Below, one piece after another: positions 1 through 13,695 of a DNA stretch of 64,000 nt. The position numbers were made by a program, and so were the translations under genes. The stretch spans positions 13,702,001-13,766,000 of the forward strand of contig JBHGNT010000001.1 in the NCBI GenBank assembly GCA_043228905.1, read 5' to 3'. Source of the DNA: Azolla caroliniana. Lineage: Eukaryota > Plantae > Polypodiophyta. The notes beneath the pieces are model-generated. The model was not told where the DNA came from, did no database searches, and worked only from the letters and a program-made list of their open reading frames with translations. Every line of letters begins with the position of its first letter. Positions within the stretch are counted from its first letter, which is position 1.

Positions 1-580
1 TTATAAAACTAGCCCAACATGTCCATGAGGTAGTGTGAAACCTATCTATGGGAAGTTGAGTTCGACTCTCAACAGGCCCCTTCGAACACAACTTCTATCT
101 GTTGAGAAGGTTGTTCGGTTCATACTTTGACTTGTCTAGTTGATTGTGTTGCGTACTCGGGTACTCTATCAATTGCGTATGTGTTGTTTATCGTTGCGTA
201 TTGCTTCCATGTCGCTTGTACCTATACTCCCCCTCAAGTTCGGCAATGTAGATGTCGTGAGACCAAGGTCCGATGCAAATTGCCCGAGCTTGTCGACTCC
301 TAAGGCCTTCGTAAATATATCAGCAACTTGGAGGTGCGTATTGGTATGTTGTAGATCGATCTCGCCGGCCTGTACGCGCTCGCGGATGAAGTGGTAATGC
401 ACTTCGATATGTTTAGTCCGCGCGTGGAATATGGGGTTCCACGCTAGGTAGATACTGCTCATGTTGTCACAGTAGAGACGAATTGGATCCTTGATGGGAA
501 CACCCAGATCCTTTAGTATGCGTTTAAGCCATCCGGCTTCGCATGTGGCGACTGCTGCGCCCCTATATTCGGCTTCCATG
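1..580 (-). mobile_element. Ty1/Copia 3' fragment: RNase H end, 3' UTR and start of the 3' LTR (LTR 1-74)
   Basis: Minus ORF has the Copia RNase H motif LYCDNMSSIYLA..FHARTKHIEVHYHFIRE..QVADIFTKAL. The LTR begins TGTTGAGAG at 74. Colinear with 56279-56860. Confidence 0.9.
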
Positions 581-582
581 CT

Positions 583-1160
583 CGATAGTAAGAAACGATT
601 AGAAACAGACAAAGAGGACCCGGTAAGGCGGACCCGGTAAGAACCGGATAAAGAAGACCCAGTGAGAACTGGATGAAGCAGACCCGACAAGAGCCGGATG
701 AAGAAGGCCGATGAGAGTCTCATCGGATGAAGAGACATATTTGTAAACAGAAGAAAGTATAAATAATATCTATTACATGCATAAGGCAAGATTCGAACCT
801 TGCAGCTCCATGTTTACAATGTAAAGCCTTACCATTACACTAACATATCATTACTAATAAAAACGTAAACTTCCCACATAGAAAGGTAAGTGCACGCTAG
901 GATAAACTTTAGTTAGAAGAAAATGCATGATAAAAGAAAAAGCTACGCATGCACACGTAGCGTGCATGAACAACACAATCGATAAAAATGCATCAAGTTA
1001 GAAAAAGTAGGATCACTTTAGAAAAAGCATACAGTCTATTGTTAGAGAAAAACATGGATTATTAAGACTCTCTCATCACTATATAAGGATGGGGAGCACA
1101 ATGTAATAGGGTGTGAAATACTTGGAAATTGGATATATTTCCCAAAACACCAATTAATAT
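583..1160 (+). mobile_element. Truncated LTR of the tRNA-Trp-primed family
   Basis: Aligns by eye with 58745-59315 and 62940-63505 (GACCCGGTAAG repeats, CACTATATAAGGATGGGGAG TATA region). Confidence 0.85.
782..849 (-). ncRNA. tRNA-like (Pol III A/B box) cassette inside an LTR
   Basis: Minus strand reads TAGTGTAATGG ... GCAAG-GTTCGAAT-CTTGC (A box, T-arm stem with B box). Expression not shown. Confidence 0.5.
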
Positions 1161-1171
1161 TCTTTTAAGAG

Positions 1172-1396
1172 GTGAAATCAGCTGGTGCATGTGATAAGTT
1201 GATTTATAATATTCTTATCAAGGAGGTCCATCAACTTGGCAAATTGGATCTCTGGTTAAAATATAAGAAAGAGTATAGAAAAACATTTTGGCGAGAAGAA
1301 TATGAAGGTTTCAATTACCATGAAAACAATTCCTCCCTTGATAATATGTCAAAATCACAAGATAGCTTATCAACAAATTTGTTTGTTTCTAGATAG
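1172..1396 (+). pseudogene. Possible orphan terminal exon with a PPR-like motif
   Basis: KSAGACDKLIYNILIKEVHQLGKLD resembles the PPR consensus (D..YN.LI......G..D). It is short and abuts an LTR fragment. Confidence 0.3.
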
Positions 1397-4300
1397 CATC
1401 TCATCAAGTCCTTGTGTATGTACATTGGATATAAGTTGTATATGGTTAATATCCCCTACTTTGCATGTATGCACCCTGATTTGTCCAACAATATTATCAG
1501 CCTTTTCTGTACTTTTATGAAGTGATATTCTTACACCAATTTATAATTACTACACTCTTCGCAGAGGTTGGTACCCTCGTTTTCTAAATCTTAACGACTG
1601 TCACATTTGATTCTTTAATGGTGTGCTTCTGTTTATTGTATGTAACTGCTATAGTTCTTACACAATTTCACATCATGGATACAATGATGTCTTCTTTTAC
1701 ATACCATTTCGACCATATATTACAGATATCAATAGCTCTTTCATTTGGTTGAGTTGTAGTTTTGTATTGCATGATTACTTTTATGTAATGTATTTTTTAT
1801 ACCAACATAGTTTCCACCTATGAACTATTGCTAACTATTGGGTTCATAGTATGAACCATACATACCATACGTGCATTCGCATTTGCGAATGTTTCAATTA
1901 TAAATACCATACTTTTGGATTAACTATTTATTATGAGGTAAATAAGCCTAAAAAATGGAAAAAAAAATATTAAAAAATGGGGGAAAAAAGAAAACACAAG
2001 AATGTTTGAATAACATTCGCATTCGTTTTCCTATGTTGGAAAACGAATGTTATGCTAAACGAACACGAATTTTACGTACTACGGTTGGGATCATGTCTAT
2101 TGGAAAAGATATATGCAAATCTAAGGTGTGGTGAGAAAGTGGTAGGAAGAAAATCCAATGTGGTTTGGTTGAAAAGCTTTAATATTGGTCACAAATTTAA
2201 TATTGGAAATATTTGGGTCTCCTCGACATTCCCACATGATGGTTTATATTGGCCCCACAATTGTTAGGCACATCTCTCTTGCAATAGAAATATATTTATA
2301 GACAAAATGAAGAAATACACCAGTTCGGATTACCAAATAAGTTTAGCCGCATACAAGAGTTGAGATATTAGGGTGTGACGGTCTCGGTTGCCATAGTGTT
2401 AGTGGGGGTATGGGGGTTGCGGTGTCGGATATGTCTTGGGATTATCCGCATGAGTCACTATCAAGGAGTTGGAAGTTGCGGTCTTCAATTAACTCCATAT
2501 TTGTTTGCAAGTTCTTCAATTCTTTGTCATGCAACTCTTGCATACGTGCCATTTCCTTTTGCACGCGGACTTATACTTTCTTCGCCAATTGCCGTTTGCC
2601 GCCAATTGCTCCTCGTACCATGCCTTTTGCTTTTTTTTAAGACTCATGTTGTTCGGGAATCGTTCGTGGGATTTCTCGGTAGGTGAGAACCCCACTTTCT
2701 TGTACCGGGAAACCTTGGCCCTGTTGTAGCTTCCCGGTGAGTGTCGTCTCAGCTTCCGCGTCGGTTGCTCTCTGTGTCTTCACAGATTGACCAGGCGTGC
2801 CAAAAGTGTTACCGGCTCAAGGTAACACGGTGCCGGATACTCGTTCCTTCGTTATTCGGCTCAAGTTCTTATGGTCAAGAGATGGTGGAATAGGTGAGTT
2901 GCCTATCTTAGTGCAAATAGGTGTAATTAGCTGTGGGCGATGAATCAAACTACTGTGACTGTGGAGACTAAAACTGAAGACATCTATAACGAACTAGTTA
3001 CGTGCACGGTACACATGGCACTGAAATGACGCTCAACACAGATGGAACCGTTGATGCAGAGATAGAGATAGAATATAAGCAGATCAAATTTCTGTTAAAA
3101 GACACAACCTAGTATAGTGTGATATTCAATTACCCTTTTTATAGGGATCATGGACGGTTACATTTAGAACGTGAACCGTTACTACTACTAATATTTTGTG
3201 ACGTTTAGTTACTCTTCGTTCGCTCCCACCCGTCTTCCATTCGGGCCGTAATCGTCCTTTAGCTTTTTCACACCTGGGTCCTCCAAACCGGCCAACAGTT
3301 ATATTTAGATATATTATTCTCTATTATGCACGTGTATGTGAAAGAGTTTTGCTCATAATTTTACTGATATATAACTTTATCTATAGATGACCCCCTGTAC
3401 ATTTATATATGTGTTGAGTGGGCAAGCTCAACTGGAACCAGATTGGCTGAATAAGCTAGAGTCGGATCGGTATCCGGAATGGATAAGTACCCGGATCGGT
3501 GTCTGGATATATCGGATCATACTCTAGATTAGTGAGAACTGGTAGGCTGTTGGTGCCTACGATTCGAGCCTAGTACATAGGCATATTCCTTGGAGTTAGT
3601 GTTGGTTGCTCATATGAGCATTGAAAGGAGGTATTCTGCACAACATATGCCCATAGTTGACCGATCCTAAATTTGGATGAGACGATTGGTCAAGTCCTCA
3701 TTGAGGACATTCGGCGAAATCGATCAGACTTACCATTGATGAATCGATAGAAGCCCATTCCTCGACCGACAAAGTCGAATGACAGATCAAACCGACAGAA
3801 CCGGTTGGAATACCAATAGATAAAAAATGAGGGGAGACGGACAACGGTCGAATTTGAGAAGGGGCCGATCAGGCGAATTCTGCACACATTGCAAAAATGT
3901 TGTCCACAATGTTTCTGACTACAGGTCAACCAAGAAAAAAGAGAGTGGTCGGCGATCCGAGTGGAATTGAGGAAGACCCGACTCGAACCACTCTCCTACA
4001 GGCAACCAAATCAATGTTGCCGACACTCGATAAGGAGAAATTCTCTCCTTAGAGGATTCAGTGATCGGAGAAGTCCTCTATAGTGCACAAGATGCACACA
4101 CGTGGTTACTGGATTCCGGTGCCTTGTTTTATGTGACCCCCAAAATTGAATGGTTCTCGAACTATTCACCTGAAGTCAGAGGCACAGTCCGAGTAGGTAA
4201 TGGGCAGGAATGCAAAATCGTAGGGACCGGAGAGGTTCCCATCATATTGACAAATGGCAACATGATCACCTTGCACCGAGTGTGGCATGTACCTGATCTA

Positions 4301-5302
4301 AAAAGGAGTCTGCTCTCCATCGGCATGTTAGCCAAAGACGGGTACAAAACGACTCTAAGTGAGTCGGTATGGATGACCAACCAAGGAAACCTGAAGATAG
4401 GAGGCGGGCACAAGTACAATAACTTGTACCCATTAATGGTGATCAATCCAAAAGGGGCCGTGAATGTCTCAAGCCTAACTCAACCGACTGGGCCATATGT
4501 CTCAAGTTGGACTTGATTGGTTGATGATGGTCGGCTACATCCCTAAACTCCGAGCAAAGACGCATTTCTGTGAGCATTGTCGATATGGGAAACATACCCG
4601 AAGTTCGCACACTTTCCACTATGAGACGGTATGACAATCCTTAGGGCTCGTGCACACAGATATATGTGTGTCTATGCTAGAGTGATCACTAGGAGGCTAC
4701 TGGTACTTCATCACCTTTGTAGATGACTGTACACGGAAGGTCTGGGCCTACTTCATTAGGTCCAAAGACGAAGTGCTCGAGGTGTTCACTCGATGGACAA
4801 TTGAAGTGGAGAACCGGTCAGGATACAGAGTGAAGACACTCACATCCGACAACGGAGGAGAATATACCTCTGGAGCCATCAAACAGGACCTGTCTGACAA
4901 AGGGATCCGGCACCAGAAGACCGTTCCTTACACACCCATGCAGAATAGAGTGGCAAAACAAATCAATCGAATGATCTAGGGGAGGGTGAGGACAATGGTC
5001 CAACAAATTGGACTAAAGCTGGAGTTCTGGGCCGAAGCGTTGTAGACGGTAGTAGGCCTAGTAAATCTTTCATCGTCGACAACAATCAAGGTTGAGGTGC
5101 CATAGGCACTATGGTCAGGCAAACAACCGACCTACGATAGGTTTCGTGTATTTGGATGCAAAGCCTATGCGGTCATCCCCAAGGAGAAAAGGACCAAGTT
5201 GGCACCCCATGCAACAAAATGCATATTTCTTGGTTGTGGAACCGATGCGAACTTCGGCTACCGGTTATGGGATCCAAAGAACCTTAAGGACATTTGTAGG
5301 TA

Positions 5303-5800
5303 TGTTGTCTAGAGGCCAGAAATATAAATACATTATGTAAACTCACCGGTAGGTAGAATAGTAGGTGAGGAAATAGGTAAAACTAGAAATAGTCGAGTTC
5401 TTAGCCCTCACAATTAGCCGATGGCTCGGCTCTGTCTGAAGAGGAAAACTATATAACCCGAGATATGCATACCTCAAGTGGGGAGATCTAGATCATTTTT
5501 AGCGAGATTAATATCGTAGCACTGAGCTCTACATGAATTGTTTGCGGCCGAGAGCCGTGTACAGTAATCATTGTGAGGTTTATCATTTAATATAAGTTCC
5601 ACTCTTACTATTCTTTTATCTGTGTATGCTCCCCGTACTCGTAAACCGAGCTACATTTATGCCTAACGGGTTGTAGCCCGTGTACGCTCCTTGTTCTTTT
5701 ATCGTCTTCTCAATGTAGAAGAGGCTTCCACGTAACACGATCCCTTGATATCGATAGCCTGTGAGCTCATCAAAGGTGTTTCCCCCAAAAACGGTTAACA
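5303..5800 (+). repeat. 5' LTR of the Gypsy element
   Basis: Direct repeat of 13696-14192; TG..CA ends; TATA-like CTATATAA near 5449. Confidence 0.95.
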
Positions 5801-5805
5801 CAATT

Positions 5806-5818
5806 TGGCAAGCCTGGT
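5806..5818 (+). promoter_or_regulatory. Primer-binding site, tRNA-Arg(UCU)-like, degenerate
   Basis: TGGCAAGCCTGGT lies 5 nt after the 5' LTR; compare the recalled complement of the plant tRNA-Arg(UCU) 3' end, TGGCACGCCC(A/G)GTGGGAC. Confidence 0.6.
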
Positions 5819-5949
5819 TACAACGGTAAGGTCACAGTGAACGACATAGGAGGCAAACCCCAGCCGCCGTTACGGCGCCCAATCGCATCACACGGTCTCG
5901 GCCACCTGCCCGACGCCCGGAGGCAGTCAAGGGAACTTCCGACTCGGCG

Positions 5950-8900
5950 GTCACTGACCAATCTTTCCAGGAACCATCGGAGGCTAACCGGTTGCAATCA
6001 TCGCCACCCGATAACTGGTCGCGAGTTGATTCCGCACCGAACTCCCCGCCGAGCCCTCCAAATGTCACCCAACCTGACCCTAAACCTTTTCCGGCTTTAC
6101 CTGAAGTTCCGGATCTCGATACCATGCCTTACCCTTACCCGCGATATACCTGCCAAGTTCGGAAGCGCGAAGTACTCCGGCAATTCTTTTCCATGAGCCA
6201 AGAACCTCACGAGACGGTCGCCCAGTTCACGATCCGGTTTTAGGATCTCTACCGACAACTGGTCGACAATGTCTCCGCCCATCACATTCTTGATATTACG
6301 CTCATGTCCAGCCTATGAGAGCCTCTACGGACGACTCTCGCACTTCATCGCACACGTCCTCTCCATCGATCAGACACAACATAACACGGTTTTCTCCATG
6401 GGCTCTTTGCAAAGCTCCCTTAGGAGGACAGTCGTTTCCAACAAGCCCTCCAATGCACAACCTACTCAGGCTTAGGCCATCTTGCTCTCGAGTGCCCTCA
6501 CCGGCCACACTGCCCAATATGAGAGTCTCGAGCTCACACGATCGAACAATGTGAGTACAACATGCTCAACCGCACAACGACGACTCCGGTTCGCCAGATC
6601 GAGCCGCGCAATACATACTCCCGGTAGGATGAACGTCAGACATACCGTCATCGGGGAAACGAGCGACAACGATTCCCGGATCGCCAGCGCCGCGACGACG
6701 ACTACCGTCGCAACGACGATCGTTACCACCACGACAATCGCCGGAGATCAGATGACTGTTGTGACCAGTACCTCGACGACCAATATAGAGCAAAAGATGA
6801 GTATGATCGGTATGATGACGACTAGGAGGGCCGGTAGGATCAGCGGTATTCACGAAACGATAGAAGAAACTCTTACAGAGGTTCACGGAACAATCGATGC
6901 TAGAACAACAATCGTCGTCGGGACCCCCCTCCAAACGTCCCGCACAATGCGCCACGGGCCAACATGCCTACACAAGAGGCTGGGAACCACTCACAACCTT
7001 TCCCACACACTGAGCACGACGACACCAGAAACTCGGCATCCGTTACCTGCTTTAAGTGTAACCAACCCGGTCACTACGCTACCCAATGCCCAACCACGGA
7101 CCGCGGCAAGGCCCTCACCGTGAATACTATTATGGCCGACGTTCAACACGTCACTACACGTAGCAAGACCCAAGCCAGCCAATGGCAAGAACACGATGAC
7201 GTCCGACACGCAGCCAAGGAATGGATTGACACCACCAATAAAAGCAACGTCGTGCGGATGCACACAGAAATGCAGGACGTGACCATCGGCGCACCACCAC
7301 CTGTAGGACCATCTAGTGCGGTAGAAGATGACGATCTGTGGGAAGCCCTTACCACTGCTAGGATGTCGCTGCCATGACATAAGTTTTTACCGCTCATGTT
7401 GCGCTTTCGAGACACCTTGGCTACGCTCATGGCTAACGACAAATCGGTCGCACCCCCTATTAACATGACGGAGCCAGGGACGGGCCCATCCCTCATGGAT
7501 TCCCAGAATCCAGCCGTGAAAATCATGATTAAAGGACGCAACCTTCATGGGTGCATAATCGATGGTGGCTCCGGCGTGAATGTCATCAATGAGGCCACAT
7601 GTCACACCCTCGGCCTAAACCAATGGGAACCTTGCCCCTTTTGGCTTTGGATGGCCGATACGTGATCGGTTCGCCCCATCGGGTTAATTCGCCACCTTGA
7701 TTTCACGTTAGGCGGCCACATGTTCACTATCTCGGCAGTTGTGTTACGCCTCGAAGCTCCGGGCGCTTACCCAATGCTGCTTGGTCGACCCTTGTTGCGC
7801 ACAACAAATATTAAACAACATTGGCAACGGAATATGATCTCTTTCCGCCGGGGGAAGACCAAGGTATGGGTAATAACAGAAGAACGCCTAACCACGCCCC
7901 ACAACACTACACCTTTATATATGGAAGGGGTACACATGCTCGATGGCTTAGCCGACGAAGAGGTGGATGACTTCCTGGAAGATCACCCCACTATCATACG
8001 CCTCTTCGAAATAAACGCCATTTCGGGTTTCGGCACACCACTGGACGAGGATGTCATGGCAGATTCCCTTCCCCGAGACGAAGTTGATTCCACAACTATC
8101 GTGGAACTACGAGAAGCTTGGGCCGCGTTCGAATGAGAACTCGCCATCTCCCAGTGAGTCAAAGAATCAACACTCGAGTCACTAAACCTCGGCTCCGATG
8201 AGAACCCGCGTACACTACAAATCGCTAATAACTTACTAGCTGACGAACGGTCAGCCCTGATACCTGTGCTCATGGAGTATCAGGATGTATTCGCATGGTC
8301 TTACACTGATATGAATGGATTGGATCCCCAATATTACCAACACCAAGTACACCTCCTGCCGAACACTCGACCGATCCAACAACGACGGTACTGTATGAAC
8401 CCCAACTACGTGGCTAAGGTCAAAGAGGAAATCGACAAACTCCTTCGAGTAGGCTTTATACACCTAATAAAAAGAGCCACATGGTTAAGCCCAATCATCG
8501 TCGTCCCCAAGAGAAACGGCAAAATCAATGCCACATGGTTAAGCCCAATGATTACCGCAAACTCAATGCCACGATAGTCACAGATGGGTTTCCTCTTCTG
8601 TTCACAGATAGTGCCTTTGACACGGTGGATGGTCATGAATGCTACAATTTCCTCGATGGGTTCAATCGCTATAATCAACAAAATGCACTTGGATGATCAG
8701 GAGAAAACGACGTTTGTCACGGAATGGGGTGTCTTCGTAGCCGAGATAATGATGTTCGGATTAAAAACGGCACCGACCACATTCCAACGCATCATCACAG
8801 AGATTTTCAACGAGTATATCCTGGCGTTCATGCAACTGTTGCTCGACGACTTTGCCGTGTATGGCCAACGGCTGGAGCATATGACCCAGCTACGCCTCTG

Positions 8901-10142
8901 TCGCGAGCGATGTCGATACGCTCGGTTGACCCTCGACGCTCGGAAACAACTAGCTGTTAGGAGCCGAAACTTTTGTCTCGTCTCCGACACCCTCTACCAC
9001 AAAGGCTCGGACGACGTCTGGCGCCGTGCAATTCGTCAATTCGAGAAACCCGCAACAAAAAAAGATGCTCATGAATTATGTCGACAATGCGATCTATGTC
9101 AACGCATGGGACAACCGACCGAGCAAGCCCGGATGCTGCACCAACCCATTCTTCCGTTAGAGCCATTTCAAAAGTGGGGGTTAGATTTTGTAGGACCTTT
9201 CAAACCAGCCGCGGCCCGCACAGGTAACAAATACATCATCGTGGCCACGGACTATTGCACAAAATGGATAGAGACTAAGGCACTGCGAGACAACACAGCT
9301 ACGTCCATGGAAAAATTCGTATACAAACACCTATGGTGCCGATATGGCTGCCCAATCGAGCTCATTAGTGACCAAGGCAGGCATTTTATAAAGCACATAA
9401 TTCGCGAGCTCACTACACACTACGCGGTTGTACATAAGAAAAGTACGTCGTACTATCTGTACTATCCACATGCAAATGGATTGTCGGAGTCTACTAATAA
9501 AATTTTGCAAACAATCCTGAAAAAGATAGCCAATGAGAACCGCACCGATTGGGATGACAAGCTCTAGAGTGCATTATGGGCGTATCGCGCCACATTCAAA
9601 ACAAGCATTTAGTCTACATCCTTCGGTCTACACCCTTTTGGATGGCCTTTGGTTTGGAAGTCGTCATGCCGATCGAGTTCCAAGTTCCGAGACTCCGAGT
9701 TCAGGTTAAGGAAAGGCTACCCGAGGCCCAATCACAACAATATCGGCTCGAACAACTCCTAGAACTTGGCGAACAACAAGTGGCCAGCATGGCTCACCTA
9801 GAACAATGCCAACGATAATGCAAAGCCTTCGTCGATCGACACCGGAATGGTATAGAGAAAGCACTTATCATCGGCAAACCGGTGCTGGTCTTCCAAACAC
9901 GACTCGGTGCTATGTCGGGGAAATTACGATTCCGATGGACAAGCCCCTTTTGGATAATTGACGAGTTTAACGACACATTCCAACTCGACACACTTGCCGG
10001 AGACATCGTCAAAAGCTGGGTAAATGGCTTCCGACTTCGACCTTACCATGGTAAGACCCCAGTTAATCCTTTCGCCGAAACCCACGGCACGGACCAGTTC
10101 ACGGACGACGCCTCAAAGGAGGCCACGTGTCCCCATCCGTAA
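5950..10142 (+). pseudogene. gag-pol pseudogene (zinc knuckle, protease, RT, integrase; RNase H deleted)
   Basis: CFKCNQPGHYATQC (about 7048), IIDGGSGVN (about 7555), YQDVFAWSY, MFGLKTAPTTFQR..LLDDFAVY, WGLDFVGP..SDQG..HANGLSE. Many stops and frameshifts. Confidence 0.92.
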
Positions 10143-10655
10143 AATAATGACCTACCCACCAAATGTATATAGTAGGAATGAATGGTTTGTAGTAGTTAAA
10201 TTAGCCTTACCTAAAACTACCTAACTAAATATCCCAAATCATGAGATTTTCTTAGGTGCACCAACTAGTCACATTCACTTTAAAATAGAATATTTAAGGA
10301 GCATGCACAATAGACATAGCACCCTTGGGACGCGTGGCCATAATACCTTATTATGGCAGCCACGACCAGGAATCTCAAGGATCTTCTCCCAGCACAAAAA
10401 CCTAGGTAGTCACATAAAAGAAACTACCCCACACACAACGCACCCACTCACACAGACACGTTCTTGCCTTCACCACCTTCAACCTCCCAAGCTCTCTCTC
10501 GTTCTCATTGCCCCTACAAATCGGCCTCCTCTCGCCCTCATAGCCCCTGCACAGAACAACAGTGTCCTCCCCAACCATCTTCTTCCAGCTCTCTGTCTCG
10601 CCCTCGTCTCATCGCTTCCCCCCACGCCTCCTGTCAGCAAACCTTCGCGTCCACC

Positions 10656-13530
10656 ATGCCTCTCGCAACATCGCAGGAAACCCGTTCTTCGCTACAACAA
10701 CATGGACTGGGTGGGTACTTACGGGTCATCGACACCCCAACACACCCTGACGCCCCAACAATAGCACGCAGAATCCACCCTGACATAGTAACCAACAACA
10801 TGATTCACGTTGCTCTGGACCTTGCGCGAGGCGGAGACCATGAGGACAAAATCCCTCTCCACTTGACCCTCAAGGAATATTTTGGGATGTATTCGATGTC
10901 GAGTAAAGCTTACCGCACTTACAAAGGGCCACAGAATAAAGCTTCCCTCATCATCTAGGCGTATGAAGGCGACAAAATTGATTGGGGAATCATCACCGGC
11001 GAAGGAGTCCATGCGGCACTCGAATCTTTTCAAACTAGTAAGTGATTGTTGCCTGTGATTAATCATTTCCTCACAGTCCTCTACCCCCCTCATTCGGTTT
11101 CCCCTTATCGCATCCTTACCTCCCCACCACCACCACAAAAACAAGGAGAGAAGATTTTGGCGTTGACCCAGGAAGAATGGGAAAACCCCTCGCTTTCTTC
11201 ACCTCCCTCGGCCGCTCGGAACCCTACTTCCGCCTTGGCACCACCCCCAGCAAAAACTCAGAAGAAACGGGCGTTAACAGCAACCCGTGTCGAATGGGAT
11301 GAGGCCGAGGAGCCCATCACTGAGGATGTCACCATACGCTAGAAAACACCAAGGACATCGCTACCCTCTCCACAACCGAGCCCACGCTCCACAAACCACC
11401 AGCCCTCGGGCATACAACAACAAAAGAGGAAACAAACTGAGGAGCCAACAACACCGGCCCCGGACTCACAAGATCAACTGCAAAAAAGATGCCACATCAA
11501 TCGAGAGTCAACCACAGAAACCGAGGGCACCCATCATCAGAAATCAAAAGAGGCTAGCCCGACCTCCACGACCATGGTACTAGCGGAGTCAAGCTCCAAG
11601 TCGGTAGGATCGAGCATGGACAAACCACGCAGATATCAGAGGAGGAAGTCCTCGGTTACAAAGATCTCCCTGTGGAGGCATACGAGTTCAGTGCACTACT
11701 TCGTCTGGGCACAACATATGAGTTAATGGATTTCCTCGTGCGCGCTCGTATGGCTGAGGAGCACGCGGAAACAAAGATGATCCAACACACTCTAATGGGA
11801 GACATCAAACCTCACGAGGATCGAGCCTTATAGAAGATCGGGCGGAAGAACAAGCACAAAATGCTTTGCTCCTCATGGAGCTACTAGATCTGAACACGGC
11901 CTTAGTCTAGGCATATCGAAATATGCATCACACTACTCCATCAACCATGCACATGGCTCGACGTAATCAAAACGACGCATCGACAAGCCAAACGGCCTAC
12001 CGAGCTATGGCAAGCTGCGAAGGAGAAACTGGCGTCATTGGAGCAACAACATCAAGAACAACCGCCCTTAAGCCTCCCTGCGCCGAGTAGCGATGTCGCA
12101 CTAGGACCTCTTCCGAACCCGAGCCTGAGTGCTGCTGTTACCGAAGCACACAAAGACGACACAACTCACCCCAGGGTAGCCATGGTCGATGCAACCAAAA
12201 TGACAGAGTTGGTACAGACAAGCGAGCCATTGTCACGGGCAGATATAAGCTCGCATCCCCAAACCAGCCACACTTCCACGCAAATACCACCACCACCTCT
12301 CGTCATGGAAAGATCTACACTCCTTGGATCCAGCAAGTTGCAAACCAGACCGGACCTCCTCTCTGTGACTACCAAAAGGAGCTTAAGGCCCAGATCGCTC
12401 TGGCCGAGTTAGTAGAACAAAACCACAACCACATGATTGGCCAACTACGGAAACAAGCCGCGGGCCGTGGAGCTGACCTCAAGCGATTGCTTGCTAAAAG
12501 CTCGGCCGCACTCAAAGCACAAGAAAGAGAGGTGATGACCCTTCAGATCTCTATCACCGAGGGCAAAGAACGATTCCTTAAAGAAGCAGAGCGGAATAGC
12601 TAACGGGAACGCGAGCTATTCGCCGACAACCAGGAATTACGCCGTCAACAAAGGGCATTACAAGAATTAGCAAACGAGCACATGCAAAAGTGGAGGATCT
12701 CTGAAGAGCAAAGGGCGAAAATTTCCAATGCGTATCACTAGTTGCAAACAGAGCACATCGCCGCCGAAGAACGACATCTGGACGCTTGGAGACAGGATAG
12801 GGAAGAAACTGTAGCTCAACTCACCAAACATTACAAGCAGACAGTTGTGCTCATAATCGAAAAAGCAAAAGATAACCAAGCTACTTTAGCGCCCCTCGTC
12901 CACAAAAGCCAAGAAGACCCCAAGGCCACAAGGGAGGAAGTGGAAGTTCACCGAGCTAGCATCGGCATGGACGATACTAAAATGAAGATCCTGATCAACA
13001 AGTATCACCAACAATTCACCAAGAAGATCGAGGAAACGCTCGACGGTGTCTGGCAGGAATGGTCGGCCCAAGCCGCTCAACTACACATCCTACGCACGGA
13101 CGCCGAGAATCAAAGGAAGGAGGGCCGAGGGTTTTACAAGATGGATGACACTAGCATCCAGACCCTCCATGAAGACTGGACTGAGGAATATCATACCTTA
13201 GCAGCATCCCACACCGCGGCCATCGAGCAACTTTTAGAGGAATTCAACGACGATCTAATGGTGTTTCGTTTAGAAACCGAAGCTTACGAGGAGGAATGCC
13301 TAGCTACCGGGACTAACAGAGCTCCCACGACCAACGAGCAAGAACCCGAGCCACCCACCACGAAAGCCAGACACGAGGAACCTGCCCCTACAGATCCCCA
13401 CATCCCAACCGAGCCACAAACTACAACCCCGACCCTACCTCAATCGGTACCAACAGAGGGCGGCACACGCTACGACACAGCCATCCCCGGCTTGGCAACA
13501 AAACCTCCATCACCAACCCCATGCCCCTGA
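10656..13530 (+). pseudogene. Extra ORF downstream of pol (Pro-rich and coiled-coil), frameshifted
   Basis: CCACCATG start at 10656. A chain of sense ORFs (10464, 11046, 12038, 12742) includes an IDWGII-type segment and an E/K/Q-rich helical region. Confidence 0.6.
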
Positions 13531-13614
13531 GGATATCCTCGGCATATTAGAAGAGGAGTAAAACAAACCCATAAGCCCTTGTATAAATGGGCAACTTTTG
13601 TAATTTGTTTTGTT

Positions 13615-13693
13615 TTTTGCCCAATCCATGGTTATCCCTCCACATTGTGAACTGTGGGTCCGACGGACAAAGTCCTGTCCCACGGGCGTGCCA
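13615..13693 (+). ncRNA. tRNA-Arg-like sequence with encoded CCA at the PPT position
   Basis: ACTGTGGGTCCGA[cggacaaagtcct]GTCCCAC-GGGCGTGCCA, then GG and the 3' LTR. Matches the recalled tRNA-Arg(UCU) T-arm and acceptor 3' strand. Confidence 0.65.
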
Positions 13694-13695
13694 GG

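Noticed and set aside
2369-3112. Possible TAGGG-ended hAT element or small gene
   Set aside because: Only a weak terminal match, no TSD and no recognisable protein motif.
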